In this document: positions 37,177 to 46,187 of the stretch, piece by piece
Layout of the letters: each line of letters opens with the position of its first letter
Position numbering within the stretch: position 1 is the stretch's first letter
Assembly (NCBI GenBank): GCA_017964405.1
Contig: JAGCSA010000034.1
Coordinates: 1-61,929 of the forward strand
Origin: Bacilli bacterium
GTDB taxonomy: Bacteria > Bacillota_I > Bacilli_A > RF39 > UBA660
Direction of reading: 5' to 3'
DNA: 61,929 nt
Made by a program: the position numbers and the translations under genes
Notes under the pieces: generated by a model
What the model was told of the DNA's origin: nothing
What the model saw: the letters and a program-made list of their open reading frames with translations, nothing else
Database searches by the model: none

Positions 37177-38556
37177 CTATGTTTCCAATCTATTTTTTAT
37201 TTTATCACGTAAAGTATCTAATCCACTAGACTCTTCTTCACTTAAAGTAGATCTTAGAACCGAAGATGAAACATCTTCTTCTATTTTAGCACTTCCCGTA
37301 ATGTTAGAATTTACTTCTACATTTCCTTGTAGAATCGTAATCATATCATCCATGATCTTAAAGGATAATACATCTTCTCTTTTGTAAGAATTGTTTTCTA
37401 AATCCTTATTCTTCATCGTATAAGTAACATCATACTTCTTCTTGTCTAAATCGAGTGTCATCATGAGCATCAAACTATTCTTATCTTTTTCTCCTTTGAT
37501 CGTACCAATCTGATTATTAAACTGATCATAAACTAAAATCGTCATTCTCTTAGAAGTAGAATGGTAAGTAGCACGATACTTCGTTAAATTATTCAAAGAA
37601 TAATAGAAAGTACCATCTTTTAAATCCCCTTCATAAGTATAGATCTCTTTTTGATCATCTTTCAAATAAACAACTTCATATTTGACAGGATGAAAGAATG
37701 GTTTAGAGACATAAACACTAATCGTATAACTCTCATTTCCCTTTAAATATTTCTTCTTCTCATCCACTTTTAAATCATCTAAGTTGGGATAAGCAACTGA
37801 TAAGATTTGATGAGCTCTTGGATCTTTCTTTAAATCTTTTAAAACTCTTGAGAGTAACTCTTTATAGCTTTTATCCGTAATCTTATAAGAAATCTGTCCT
37901 ACCTGAATCGTGTCCTCTCCCACAAGAGTTTCCACATCATATCCATTTAATTCTTCTTCTGTAATATTATTCTTAATAGAATCTCGAATAAACGTATATA
38001 AATAATCAATATTATCTAAAGTAGTAGCTTCCTCTTGATAAGACTCAAAGTAATTAGCAGCTCCATCATTGACATAATTGCTTAAAATCCCATTGACAAA
38101 GATATAACGAGTAGAATCTTCAATATAATACTTTCCAGAAAAGATTTCTTCTTCTCCAATCGTCTCATGTAAACTAGCAAATACTCTTCCATTATCTTTA
38201 TTTTGTCCGATTTGATACGTCGTATTCATTAAAGATAAATTTTCTAGCATTCTTACCTTTTTCCCATATTCAATATCGGTCAAACTCTTATTTCGATAAT
38301 CTTCACTCGAAAGATCCATCTTGAGAGTTCCTTCTACAAAAAAAGAATCTCCTAATAAATAATCTGAATCAATCGAAAAAATATGATTTGTCTTATCAAA
38401 TACTTGGTCAATCATAGTACCAAATATATATTGTTTTTGAGAAATCTTGGAATAATACAATCCAATTAAAATTAAGGAAACTGCAAACGCAACGAATACT
38501 AAAAAAAAGAATACTTTGATAACTTTTTTCAATATTTTCCGAATCACGTTTTTCAT
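37177..38556 (-). CDS. bitopic membrane protein, large extracytoplasmic domain, unknown function
   Basis: About 459 aa, ATG after AGGATGTG, TM helix VFFFLVFVAFAVSLILIGLYY. No family recognised. Confidence 0.6.
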   Translation of the reverse strand: MKNVIRKILKKVIKVFFFLVFVAFAVSLILIGLYYSKISQKQYIFGTMIDQVFDKTNHIFSIDSDYLLGDSFFVEGTLKMDLSSEDYRNKSLTDIEYGKKVRMLENLSLMNTTYQIGQNKDNGRVFASLHETIGEEEIFSGKYYIEDSTRYIFVNGILSNYVNDGAANYFESYQEEATTLDNIDYLYTFIRDSIKNNITEEELNGYDVETLVGEDTIQVGQISYKITDKSYKELLSRVLKDLKKDPRAHQILSVAYPNLDDLKVDEKKKYLKGNESYTISVYVSKPFFHPVKYEVVYLKDDQKEIYTYEGDLKDGTFYYSLNNLTKYRATYHSTSKRMTILVYDQFNNQIGTIKGEKDKNSLMLMMTLDLDKKKYDVTYTMKNKDLENNSYKREDVLSFKIMDDMITILQGNVEVNSNITGSAKIEEDVSSSVLRSTLSEEESSGLDTLRDKIKNRLET

Positions 38557-38580
38557 CACATCCTACTATAATTAATTATA

Positions 38581-38613
38581 TCAAAAAAGAGGTAGATGTC
38601 AAACCTACCTCTT
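38581..38613 (-). terminator. rho-independent terminator after 38622..39155
   Basis: 9-bp stem AAGAGGTAG (38587-38595) / CTACCTCTT (38605-38613) with a T-run on the minus strand. Confidence 0.6.
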
Positions 38614-38621
38614 GGATTTTT

Positions 38622-39155
38622 TTATTTTTTTGATTCTGCAATAATTCCAATTTTTCCAGATAAATCAAACTTTGTCTTTTCACTAGGAATCTCTCCTGGA
38701 TTATAAATCGCACTAATCTTAATCGTTGTTTCTTCTCCTGGTTCTAAGACTTTACCACTAATATCAGAAATACTAATGGTAATGGGAGAAATCTCTTTAA
38801 TAATCTCCTTGGAACGAAAATCAGGACTCGATAAAAGACGAACTACACTGGCTTCTACCGTTCCTTCATTTTTAATCGTTACTTCATAGTCAATCTCATC
38901 ATGCTCTTTAAATAAAGAGAAATCCATATTGAGTACTTTTCCGGTATCATCGACTTTTAAGTGACCAATGGGTTCCCTCTCTCCTCCCTTAATGGAAGAT
39001 AAAAGACGAACTGTTGTAAAACGAACATCAAAGACTTCTTCTTCGTTTTTATAACCTTCTAATGTCATTGATAAAACACTAAAACCAATTCCCATGGCAA
39101 TAATCGTGATACATAACAAAACAATAATGATGTTCTTCACATTCCATTTTCTCAT
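38622..39155 (-). CDS. minimal member of the signal-anchor + TasA-like module family (177 aa)
   Basis: IIIVLLCITIIAMGIGFSVLSMTLEGY carries the family motif, followed by one beta-sandwich-like module (DYEVTIKNEGTVEASV, LEPGEETTIKISAIYNP). ATG overlaps the upstream stop (ATGA). Confidence 0.55.
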   Translation of the reverse strand: MRKWNVKNIIIVLLCITIIAMGIGFSVLSMTLEGYKNEEEVFDVRFTTVRLLSSIKGGEREPIGHLKVDDTGKVLNMDFSLFKEHDEIDYEVTIKNEGTVEASVVRLLSSPDFRSKEIIKEISPITISISDISGKVLEPGEETTIKISAIYNPGEIPSEKTKFDLSGKIGIIAESKK

Positions 39156-40012
39156 GATTCACATTCCCCTTTCACTCTTAAATCAATCGATCCTTGATAA
39201 CAATAAGAGTAGAATTTCTCTTTATCTTGAAATTCAATAAAAGCATAGACTTTTCCATCCCTAACAGAATACCAACTTCTAGAAGTAGGATAATACAAAT
39301 GAGAAGAATCTGCCGGTACTAACGATAAATCGATATCAGCTTCTCCCTTATCTAAAGAAGTAATATTCTTCTCTTTCACCATCTTCTCAATTTTTAAATA
39401 GATGGAATTCGCATATTCCTTAGAAGACTCTTCTGTTAAAGGAACATAGACTTCTTTTGGTCTTTCTTTCGCAAACTCTTTTGAATAAAAATCTAAATCT
39501 AACAACATAGAACTCTCAGAAGAAGTATCCATTCCCAATTCCCTAGCTTTCTCTTCTAATGTTTGCACCTTCTCAGAGGTCTCTATTACTAGAGAATACT
39601 GTAGGATGATTTTATCCCAGGATTTTTGAAATTGAGGATACAAAGTATCCGATGCTCGAAGAATGGTAACAGAATCACCATTCTTTAAGTATTGATTTTC
39701 AATTAAAATAGGAATGGTTGTCGCAATACTTTTTTCAATACTCTGATATTCTATATTTTTATTATAGAGAATGGATGACGTATTGTCAAAGAAGAATAGA
39801 TGATAAACCTGTTCTTTTGAATTGAGGATATAAGCAAAATCGGTTTGATCATTGATCCGAATCTCAATCATATTCTCATAATCATCGGATCTAATAAAAG
39901 CATCGCTCGATCCTTGACTCTTTTTATAATCGGGATAAACAACAAAGATGGTATATAAAACAAGCAAGACAATCACCAAAAGGAATTCTAACAGCATACC
40001 TTTTTTATTCAT
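39152..40012 (-). CDS. bitopic membrane protein, unknown function
   Basis: 286 aa with RBS GGTGG. Starts 9 nt after the PBP stop. TM helix LLEFLLVIVLLVLYTIFVVY. Translationally coupled to 38622..39155. Confidence 0.6.
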   Translation of the reverse strand: MNKKGMLLEFLLVIVLLVLYTIFVVYPDYKKSQGSSDAFIRSDDYENMIEIRINDQTDFAYILNSKEQVYHLFFFDNTSSILYNKNIEYQSIEKSIATTIPILIENQYLKNGDSVTILRASDTLYPQFQKSWDKIILQYSLVIETSEKVQTLEEKARELGMDTSSESSMLLDLDFYSKEFAKERPKEVYVPLTEESSKEYANSIYLKIEKMVKEKNITSLDKGEADIDLSLVPADSSHLYYPTSRSWYSVRDGKVYAFIEFQDKEKFYSYCYQGSIDLRVKGECES

Positions 40013-40020
40013 AATACCAC

Positions 40021-42180
40021 CTACTCACTTGCAAATTTAGGAGCAAGCTTTAAGTCGATGACAAGACCTTCGGTAATTTCTGTTCCTTCTGGAAGAGATT
40101 GTTCCGTAACATATCCCACTCCATCTAGATTCACCGTAACTCCCATGGTATTTAATAAATCTTTTGCTACTTTCGAAGATAATCCAACAACATTTGGTAT
40201 CTTTAAGTTCGAATCATTGGTAATCAAATAAACAGTATCTTTATTCGTAATAACTTCTCCCTTACTAGGAGTTTGTCTCATGACTTTATTACCTTCTCCT
40301 ATGACAACATAAGGGATTCCATTTGTATCAAGAGTTGTCTTCGCAACATCTAGCTTTTTATTAATGAAACTTGGCATTTTGTAATCAACAATCGCAATAG
40401 ACTCTGTTTGCGTATCACTGTTTCCATAGTATTTAGAAACATTTTGAACGATTTCTTTAACTGCATTACTTAATGGTTTTTGACTACCACCGCTTGGTTT
40501 TTTAACAGATGCATAAATAATAATTTGTGGATTACTCTTTGGATAAATACCAGAGAAAGAAGAAATAACATCATCGGTTCCTGTTAGATATCCTCCTCCA
40601 TTTTCAGAGGCAATCTGAGCAGTACCTGTCTTTCCAATTAATTCTCCGCCTTCCATACGGAAACCACTTCCGGTATTTCCATATCCATTAACGGTATCAT
40701 CCATTAAAGAAATCATCTTTTGAACCGTTTGAGTCGAAGCAACTCTCTCAATCTCTTCGCGACCCTTTTCATAGGTTACTTCTCCTGTTTCAGAATCAAC
40801 GATTTTAGAAACCAAATAAGGTTCTAATAAAATACCATCATTCGTCAAAGCAGTCATTGCTTTTGCATTCTGAATAGGAGTCGTTAAAATACCCTGTCCA
40901 AATCCAGCATTATAAATCTCTGTCTCATATTTGAAATTTAATTGTCCTTTATTTTCTCCTGGTAATTCGATACCTGTCTTTTTTCCAAAACCAAGTTTCT
41001 TAAAGTATTGTCGTAACATGGTACTATTCATATGACGATGAATCATATTGATAACTCCTACGTTACTACTGTAAGCATAGCCTTTATCAAAAGAAATGAC
41101 ACCCCAACCATTACGATTCCAGTCACCAATCACGGTTCCATCGGACGTCTCATACGTACCAGAACGATACGTTTCCGTTCCATCATAAACACCATTTTCC
41201 ATAGCAGCCATATACGTAAATGTCTTCATGGTACTTCCTGGCTCATAAGGAGTTTGACAGAAAATATCTAAGTAATTGGAAATATTACGGACATTGGGAT
41301 CAAATCCTGGATCAGAAGAAGTAGCCAAAATAGCTCCTGTCTTCGCATCCATAATCGTTACCGTAAACCATTCCCATCCATAATTCTTATGAGAATTATT
41401 AATAGCTTGCTCTACAAAGAATTGAATATTCGAATTAATCGTTAAATAAACATCTTTTCCTTGCACAGCATCTTCTTGAATGACAGGAGTATCGGCAATT
41501 CGATATCCTTTTAAATCTTTTTGATACGTAATAGAACCATCTTGTCCTCTTAAAACAGAATCAAATTCTTTTTCAATTCCCATTTCTCCTTGAATGGTTC
41601 CTACTTCATCCTCAGACTCTTTCGCATAACCAATGACATAAGAAGCAAATTGTCCTTTCGGATAATAACGTTTAAAGCTTTCGATAAAATCAAGTCCTGG
41701 TAGATTTAAATCTTCAATCTGTTTCTTCGTAATTTCATTTAAACCTTTTCCTTTTGTACCAAACTCTGTCTGATAGATATTTTCTTTGTTTAAATAGTAA
41801 AGAATTTCATCTTTTTCCATCCCTAAAATAAGAGAAAGTTTCTCAGCCGTCTCCTCTTTATTGACTACATGTTGTGGTCTTTTTTCATTGGTCGTTCTTT
41901 TCGGATCCAAATAAGCAATTAACTTATAAGAAGCAACATTCTGTGCTAAAGCATCTCCATCAGCAGAATAAATCGTACCACGTTAGGCACTGATAATATC
42001 TGTTTTGGTTGTTCTCTTACTAGCTAATTTTTTTAAATTCACTCCATCAATTTCACTAGAAGTTCCAAGTTGAATGACTCTTCCAATCATAATGCAAAAT
42101 AAAAGAAGAGATAGAAAAATAACCAACTTAGAATATTGTATCGTATTTTTTCTCTTCTTTTTCTTTTTCAATTTAATCAC
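40021..42180 (-). pseudogene. class B penicillin-binding protein (PBP2B/FtsI type, two PASTA domains) interrupted by an in-frame TAA
   Basis: Track ORFs 41983..42180 (basic N-terminus plus TM anchor) and 40021..41910 are in the same frame. The 72 nt between them encode RGTIYSADGDALAQNVASYKLIAY, the conserved start of the PBP dimerisation domain. They are separated only by TAA at 41983-41985. Catalytic motifs STMK, SSN and KTGT are intact, as are two C-terminal PASTA repeats. Confidence 0.8.
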
Positions 42181-42192
42181 GTCCTAATATGA

Positions 42193-42498
42193 TTAGCTAT
42201 CTTCTTCAACTACCGTTTTAATATTACTATTATTATAACTTAATCCTTGCTCTTCTGCAACAGCTTGAATCTTCGTTAAAGAAGCTAACTCATCGATAGC
42301 CATTGCTAGCGATTCATTTGTCTTCTTTTGTTCTTCTATTTCTTTTTTCTGTTTTTCTACTTCAAAATTAACTTTCGCTAACGTAGCTTTGGAAAAAACA
42401 ATAGAAACTGGTGCAATGACCAACAAGAAAACTGCTAAGGTATATAGTAACTTTTCAAACTTAGATGTTTGTGCAACCCTTTTCTTTTTCTTTCCCAT
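42193..42498 (-). CDS. ftsL: cell division protein FtsL
   Basis: 101 aa with a basic N-terminus, one TM helix and a coiled-coil ectodomain. Canonical position between rsmH and the PBP gene. RBS AGGAGGA. Confidence 0.8.
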   Translation of the reverse strand: MGKKKKRVAQTSKFEKLLYTLAVFLLVIAPVSIVFSKATLAKVNFEVEKQKKEIEEQKKTNESLAMAIDELASLTKIQAVAEEQGLSYNNSNIKTVVEEDS

Positions 42499-42511
42499 GT
42501 TTGTCGTCCTC

Positions 42512-43444
42512 CTATTTGACTCGTTCGATGACCCTCAGTTTCGAGCTTCTTGCTCTTGGATTTTCTTGTAGTTCCTCCTCACTAGGAACAATGGCTTTAT
42601 TGGTAACCAATCGAAAATCCGGTAAATATTCCGAAGGAATGTTAGGCACTCCTTTTACTTTCTCATTAATTTCACATTTTTTCTTAAAATAATTCTTAAC
42701 AATTCGATCTTCCAAAGAATGGAAAGTAATCACACAGACTCTTCCCCCTACTTTGATCAAATCTAATGCTTGTTCTAAAGCAGGTTCTAAAACATCTAGT
42801 TCATGATTCACTTCAATTCGAATGGCTTGAAAGATTTGTCTTGCAGGATGCTTCTCTAATCGAAACTTCATCGGAACAGCACTTTTAATCACTTCTACTA
42901 ATTCCAAAGTCGTTTCAATTGGTTTTTTCTCCCGATACTCTACTATCTTTTTCGCAATATTGGAAGAAAAACGATCCTCTCCATATTCATAAAATATTCG
43001 AGTCAATTTTTCTCTCGAATATGTATTTACAACATCATAAGCTGTTAATTTCTGGGATTGATCCATTCGCATATCAAGTTTTGCATCATGATGAAAAGAA
43101 AAACCTCTTTCTTCATCATCTAATTGAGGCGAAGAAACCCCCAAGTCGAATAATACTCCGTCAACTTGAGATACACCTCTTTTTTCTAGTTCTTCTTTCA
43201 TATGAACAAAGTTACTTTGTACGATAGTGAAGTTAGCACCGATCTTAGATAAGCGATCGGTGCTATGCCGAATTGCTTCACTATCCTGGTCAAAGGCGAA
43301 TAAATACCCCATATTTATTCTCTCCAAGATGTTACTACTATGTCCACCATAGCCTAACGTTGCATCTACAATAATACTATTTTCGTTTAAATTTAGGGAG
43401 GAAATAGTTTCATTCAGTAGAACGCTGATATGCTTCTCCATCAT
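42512..43444 (-). CDS. rsmH: 16S rRNA (cytosine1402-N4)-methyltransferase
   Basis: HISVLLNE, DATLGYGGHS, FDLGVSSPQLD and HSLEDRIVK motifs. ATG overlaps the mraZ stop. Confidence 0.95.
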   Translation of the reverse strand: MMEKHISVLLNETISSLNLNENSIIVDATLGYGGHSSNILERINMGYLFAFDQDSEAIRHSTDRLSKIGANFTIVQSNFVHMKEELEKRGVSQVDGVLFDLGVSSPQLDDEERGFSFHHDAKLDMRMDQSQKLTAYDVVNTYSREKLTRIFYEYGEDRFSSNIAKKIVEYREKKPIETTLELVEVIKSAVPMKFRLEKHPARQIFQAIRIEVNHELDVLEPALEQALDLIKVGGRVCVITFHSLEDRIVKNYFKKKCEINEKVKGVPNIPSEYLPDFRLVTNKAIVPSEEELQENPRARSSKLRVIERVK

Positions 43445-43878
43445 AGATTCACACTCTCGTTAAATAAATTTTCGGCTATGTCTGACATATTATCCTGTGT
43501 AGAATTAAAGAATTGAGTCCAGTCTTCTAAAGACCATATTTCTAGTCGATCCCCCGTACCGATTACAACACACTCTTTGGATAAATGTGCATATTCGATT
43601 AATGGGGTAGAAATATTAATACGACCCTGTTTATCCAATTCTACTCCGGTAGCACCTGACATAAAGAAGCGATTAAAAACTCTCGCATCTTTTTTAGTGA
43701 AAGGTAATGAATTTAATTTTTCACAGATATCATTCCAATTCTTATTAGGGTACACGAAAAGACAGTTTTCAATACCTCTAGTAACAATGAAAGAATCTCC
43801 TAACTCGTCACGAAACTTTGCAGGAATAATGATTCTTCCCTTTTCGTCAATTGAATGATGATATTCTCCTATGAACAT
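43441..43878 (-). CDS. mraZ: transcriptional regulator MraZ
   Basis: Start at MFIGEYHHSIDEKGRIIIPAKFR. A second DxxGR repeat (LDKQGRINI) is present. First gene of the dcw block. Confidence 0.95.
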   Translation of the reverse strand: MFIGEYHHSIDEKGRIIIPAKFRDELGDSFIVTRGIENCLFVYPNKNWNDICEKLNSLPFTKKDARVFNRFFMSGATGVELDKQGRINISTPLIEYAHLSKECVVIGTGDRLEIWSLEDWTQFFNSTQDNMSDIAENLFNESVNL

Positions 43879-43886
43879 ATCCATCC

Positions 43887-43911
43887 CCCACTTTTCACCA
43901 CAATCAACCAC
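43887..43911 (-). promoter_or_regulatory. three direct GTGG(T/G) repeats at 10-nt periodicity: candidate MraZ operator
   Basis: Minus strand reads GTGGTtgattGTGGTgaaaaGTGGG (boxes at 43911-43907, 43901-43897, 43891-43887), between the -10 element and the mraZ ATG. Confidence 0.7.
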
Positions 43912-43922
43912 TACTTAATAAT

Positions 43923-43951
43923 ATACTACAAAAAAAGTGTAAAAAAGTAAA
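43923..43951 (-). promoter_or_regulatory. putative mraZ (Pmra-like) promoter
   Basis: Minus strand reads TTTACT (43951-43946), 17 nt, TAGTAT (43928-43923), preceded by TG. Confidence 0.45.
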
Positions 43952-43994
43952 GTCTCCAAAAAGAACTTTTACAATTTTTACACATCTTTGACAA

Positions 43995-44031
43995 CTAAAA
44001 AAAGAAACTGTGGAAAAAATTTCCACAGTTT
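43995..44031 (-). terminator. rho-independent terminator after 44038..45042
   Basis: 11-bp stem AAACTGTGGAA (44005-44015) / TTCCACAGTTT (44021-44031), followed on the minus strand by CTTTTTTTAG. Confidence 0.8.
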
Positions 44032-44037
44032 CATAAT

Positions 44038-45042
44038 CTATGCTGTCCAACAATTAGTTTTATTATCATCAGATGCACATCCACCTGTACTATCATTAAA
44101 ATCTGCTGCTATAAATGCATTTCGAGAAACAGAAGCATATAGGCCTGGTATAACACAATGAAATTCCCAAGAACTTTCAGAACAATTTTCTGCTCCAAAG
44201 GCACTAATCAAAATATCCTTGTTAGACTCATAATAAATGGAATCCCCATAATAAGTATGGGCTTGAGAGTTATATCCTCTTCCACCCACTCGCAGCTCAT
44301 AAGGAACATTATCCTTCAAAAACATAACATAAGATTCTTTTATTATATCATTTATTACAATATGCTTAATACAAAATGGCATGCCGAAATCATCCATTGC
44401 TTCTTGATAAGTATTATAAGTTGTTTCTCCATCAGGAATACTGAATCCTATCCTAAAATCAGTAGTAGATACAGAATATACCGTTGTTCTCAAACGAACA
44501 GCACTACTATCTGCCTGGATATAAGATAATCCAAAACTCATAGAAAGGGATGCTGCTTCACTTGGTAATTCATTCGCATCAATATTTTGATTATATTCAA
44601 CCCTTACTTTATAAATCTCTTTATGATTAGCCTCTAATAAATGTTTAGAAGCAATTTCTTCATCATCACCATAAGTAACCGTATAATTCAAATAACTAGG
44701 AACAGTAGTACTATTATTAATAGTCTTTGTAATCGTATCGATCATGGCATCAATTGACCCATCATTCTTCGCATCAACAGTAAACTCATAGAAGTCTCCT
44801 GGTTTAGACAAATGAACACTAAACGTAACTGTTGTTTTACTAGAATCAATGACAGGAGTACTAGCACTAACAGATCCTTCTGTTACAACTACATTATCCC
44901 AATAAACATTCCAAGTATTGGAATCTACATCAGTCGTACCAGATATATTAAGAGTCGTCGTTAAAAAAGCATAACCTAGTCCTAGGAACAAAATCAAAAA
45001 CAAGATACAAACAACAATTGTATTTTTTCTTTGATTTCTCAT
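44038..45042 (-). CDS. signal anchor + TasA/camelysin-like module + Cys-containing variable C-terminal domain (334 aa)
   Basis: FLILFLGLGYAFLTTTLNISGTTDV, WNVYWDNV and KPGDFYEFTVDAKNDGSIDAMI. The first roughly 180 aa are collinear with 45130..46134 and 6910..8148; the C-terminal half is unrelated. Confidence 0.65.
   Translation of the reverse strand: MRNQRKNTIVVCILFLILFLGLGYAFLTTTLNISGTTDVDSNTWNVYWDNVVVTEGSVSASTPVIDSSKTTVTFSVHLSKPGDFYEFTVDAKNDGSIDAMIDTITKTINNSTTVPSYLNYTVTYGDDEEIASKHLLEANHKEIYKVRVEYNQNIDANELPSEAASLSMSFGLSYIQADSSAVRLRTTVYSVSTTDFRIGFSIPDGETTYNTYQEAMDDFGMPFCIKHIVINDIIKESYVMFLKDNVPYELRVGGRGYNSQAHTYYGDSIYYESNKDILISAFGAENCSESSWEFHCVIPGLYASVSRNAFIAADFNDSTGGCASDDNKTNCWTA
44725..44985 (-). 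repeat. copy A of a 261-nt near-identical block shared by the tandem paralogues
   Basis: Aligns without gaps to 45826-46086 (offset 1101 nt) with only scattered mismatches by eye. Encodes GLGYAF...AMIDTITKT. Confidence 0.85.
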
Positions 45043-45129
45043 ATCTTCACTCTCCCCTCAAAAAAAGATATAGAAAAGGATAATTATAATTTCACATCAT
45101 TTACTTTAATGCTACGAGAATCATAAAAA

Positions 45130-46134
45130 CTATCCATAACATTCTGTTGTATGAACAAGACTACAGGAAGAATACCCTGTATCCCTTATTTGACAATCTA
45201 AGCAATCATTTTGTGCACTGATACTGCCATTCTGATATACTTTCACATATGGAAAATATCCGCCTTGGTTATTAATATAACACTGCATTCCCGTTGTACC
45301 AATAGCTTCACAAGTCCCTTCTGAAAAAGCTTCCGTTATTGTAGAAACATTTCTATCATATTGTTCTTCCCCTGGATATAAATATATAAGTTGGTTCTCA
45401 GATACAGATAATCCAACAGCTAGATTGGTTATAATCTCATTATCATCATATGTATAACGAATAAATGAGGATAATGAAGCAAATCCATCTAAATCATCAT
45501 AGCAGCCTTGACTATAAAAAGCTCCCTGATTATGGTACAAATCTGGAATAGAATCTTCCAATCGATAACTATAATTTAATCTTCTAAAATAACGATAATT
45601 TCTTACTCGAATCGCACTGCTATCTGATTGAAGATAAGAAATACCAAATGTTAGATTGATAGAACTTGCTGTAGAAGGCAAATCACTTGAATTGATATCG
45701 GTTCTATATTCTACTTTTACTTTATAAACTTCTTTTTGATGGGATTTCAATAGTTGTTTATCAACGATAGGATAATTGTCTTCATATGTAACAGCATAAT
45801 TTAAATAGGAAGGAATATTTGTTGTCTTTGTAATCGTATCGATCATCGCATCAATCGACCCATCGTTTTTCGCATCAACAGTAAACTCATAGAAATCACC
45901 TGGTTTAGACAAATGAACACTAAACGTAACTGTTGTTTTACTAGAATCAATGACAGGAGTACTAGCACTAACAGAAGCTTCTGTTACAACTACATTATCC
46001 CAGTAGACATTCCAAGTATTGGAATCAACATCTGCCGTACCAGATATATTAAGGGTTGTTGTTAAAAAGGCATAACCTAGTCCTAATCCTAGTACTAATA
46101 GGATTAAACCTAAGAATAAAGATCTCTTTCTCAT
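45130..46134 (-). CDS. signal anchor + TasA/camelysin-like module + Cys-rich variable C-terminal domain (334 aa)
   Basis: N-terminal roughly 105 aa almost identical to 44038..45042. Shares the RBS context GAGAGTGAAGATATG. Extended -10 TGTATAAT upstream. C-terminal half is different and Cys-rich (CEAIGTTGMQCY, NDCLDCQ, CSLVHTTECYG). Confidence 0.65.
   Translation of the reverse strand: MRKRSLFLGLILLVLGLGLGYAFLTTTLNISGTADVDSNTWNVYWDNVVVTEASVSASTPVIDSSKTTVTFSVHLSKPGDFYEFTVDAKNDGSIDAMIDTITKTTNIPSYLNYAVTYEDNYPIVDKQLLKSHQKEVYKVKVEYRTDINSSDLPSTASSINLTFGISYLQSDSSAIRVRNYRYFRRLNYSYRLEDSIPDLYHNQGAFYSQGCYDDLDGFASLSSFIRYTYDDNEIITNLAVGLSVSENQLIYLYPGEEQYDRNVSTITEAFSEGTCEAIGTTGMQCYINNQGGYFPYVKVYQNGSISAQNDCLDCQIRDTGYSSCSLVHTTECYG
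45826..46086 (-). repeat. copy B of the 261-nt near-identical block
   Basis: See 44725-44985. Confidence 0.85.
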
Positions 46135-46187
46135 ATCTTCACTCTCCTATGATGTAATTATACAATAAAAAAAATAAAAAAAGAAGT

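Noticed and set aside
41983-41985. TAA reassignment (alternative genetic code) as the explanation for the in-frame stop in the PBP gene
   Set aside because: TAA terminates many well-supported genes in the same window at the expected protein ends (gshF, the CofE-like gene, arginase, DUF1292, yqeG). A global reassignment is not tenable; a point mutation, sequencing error or local read-through is more likely.
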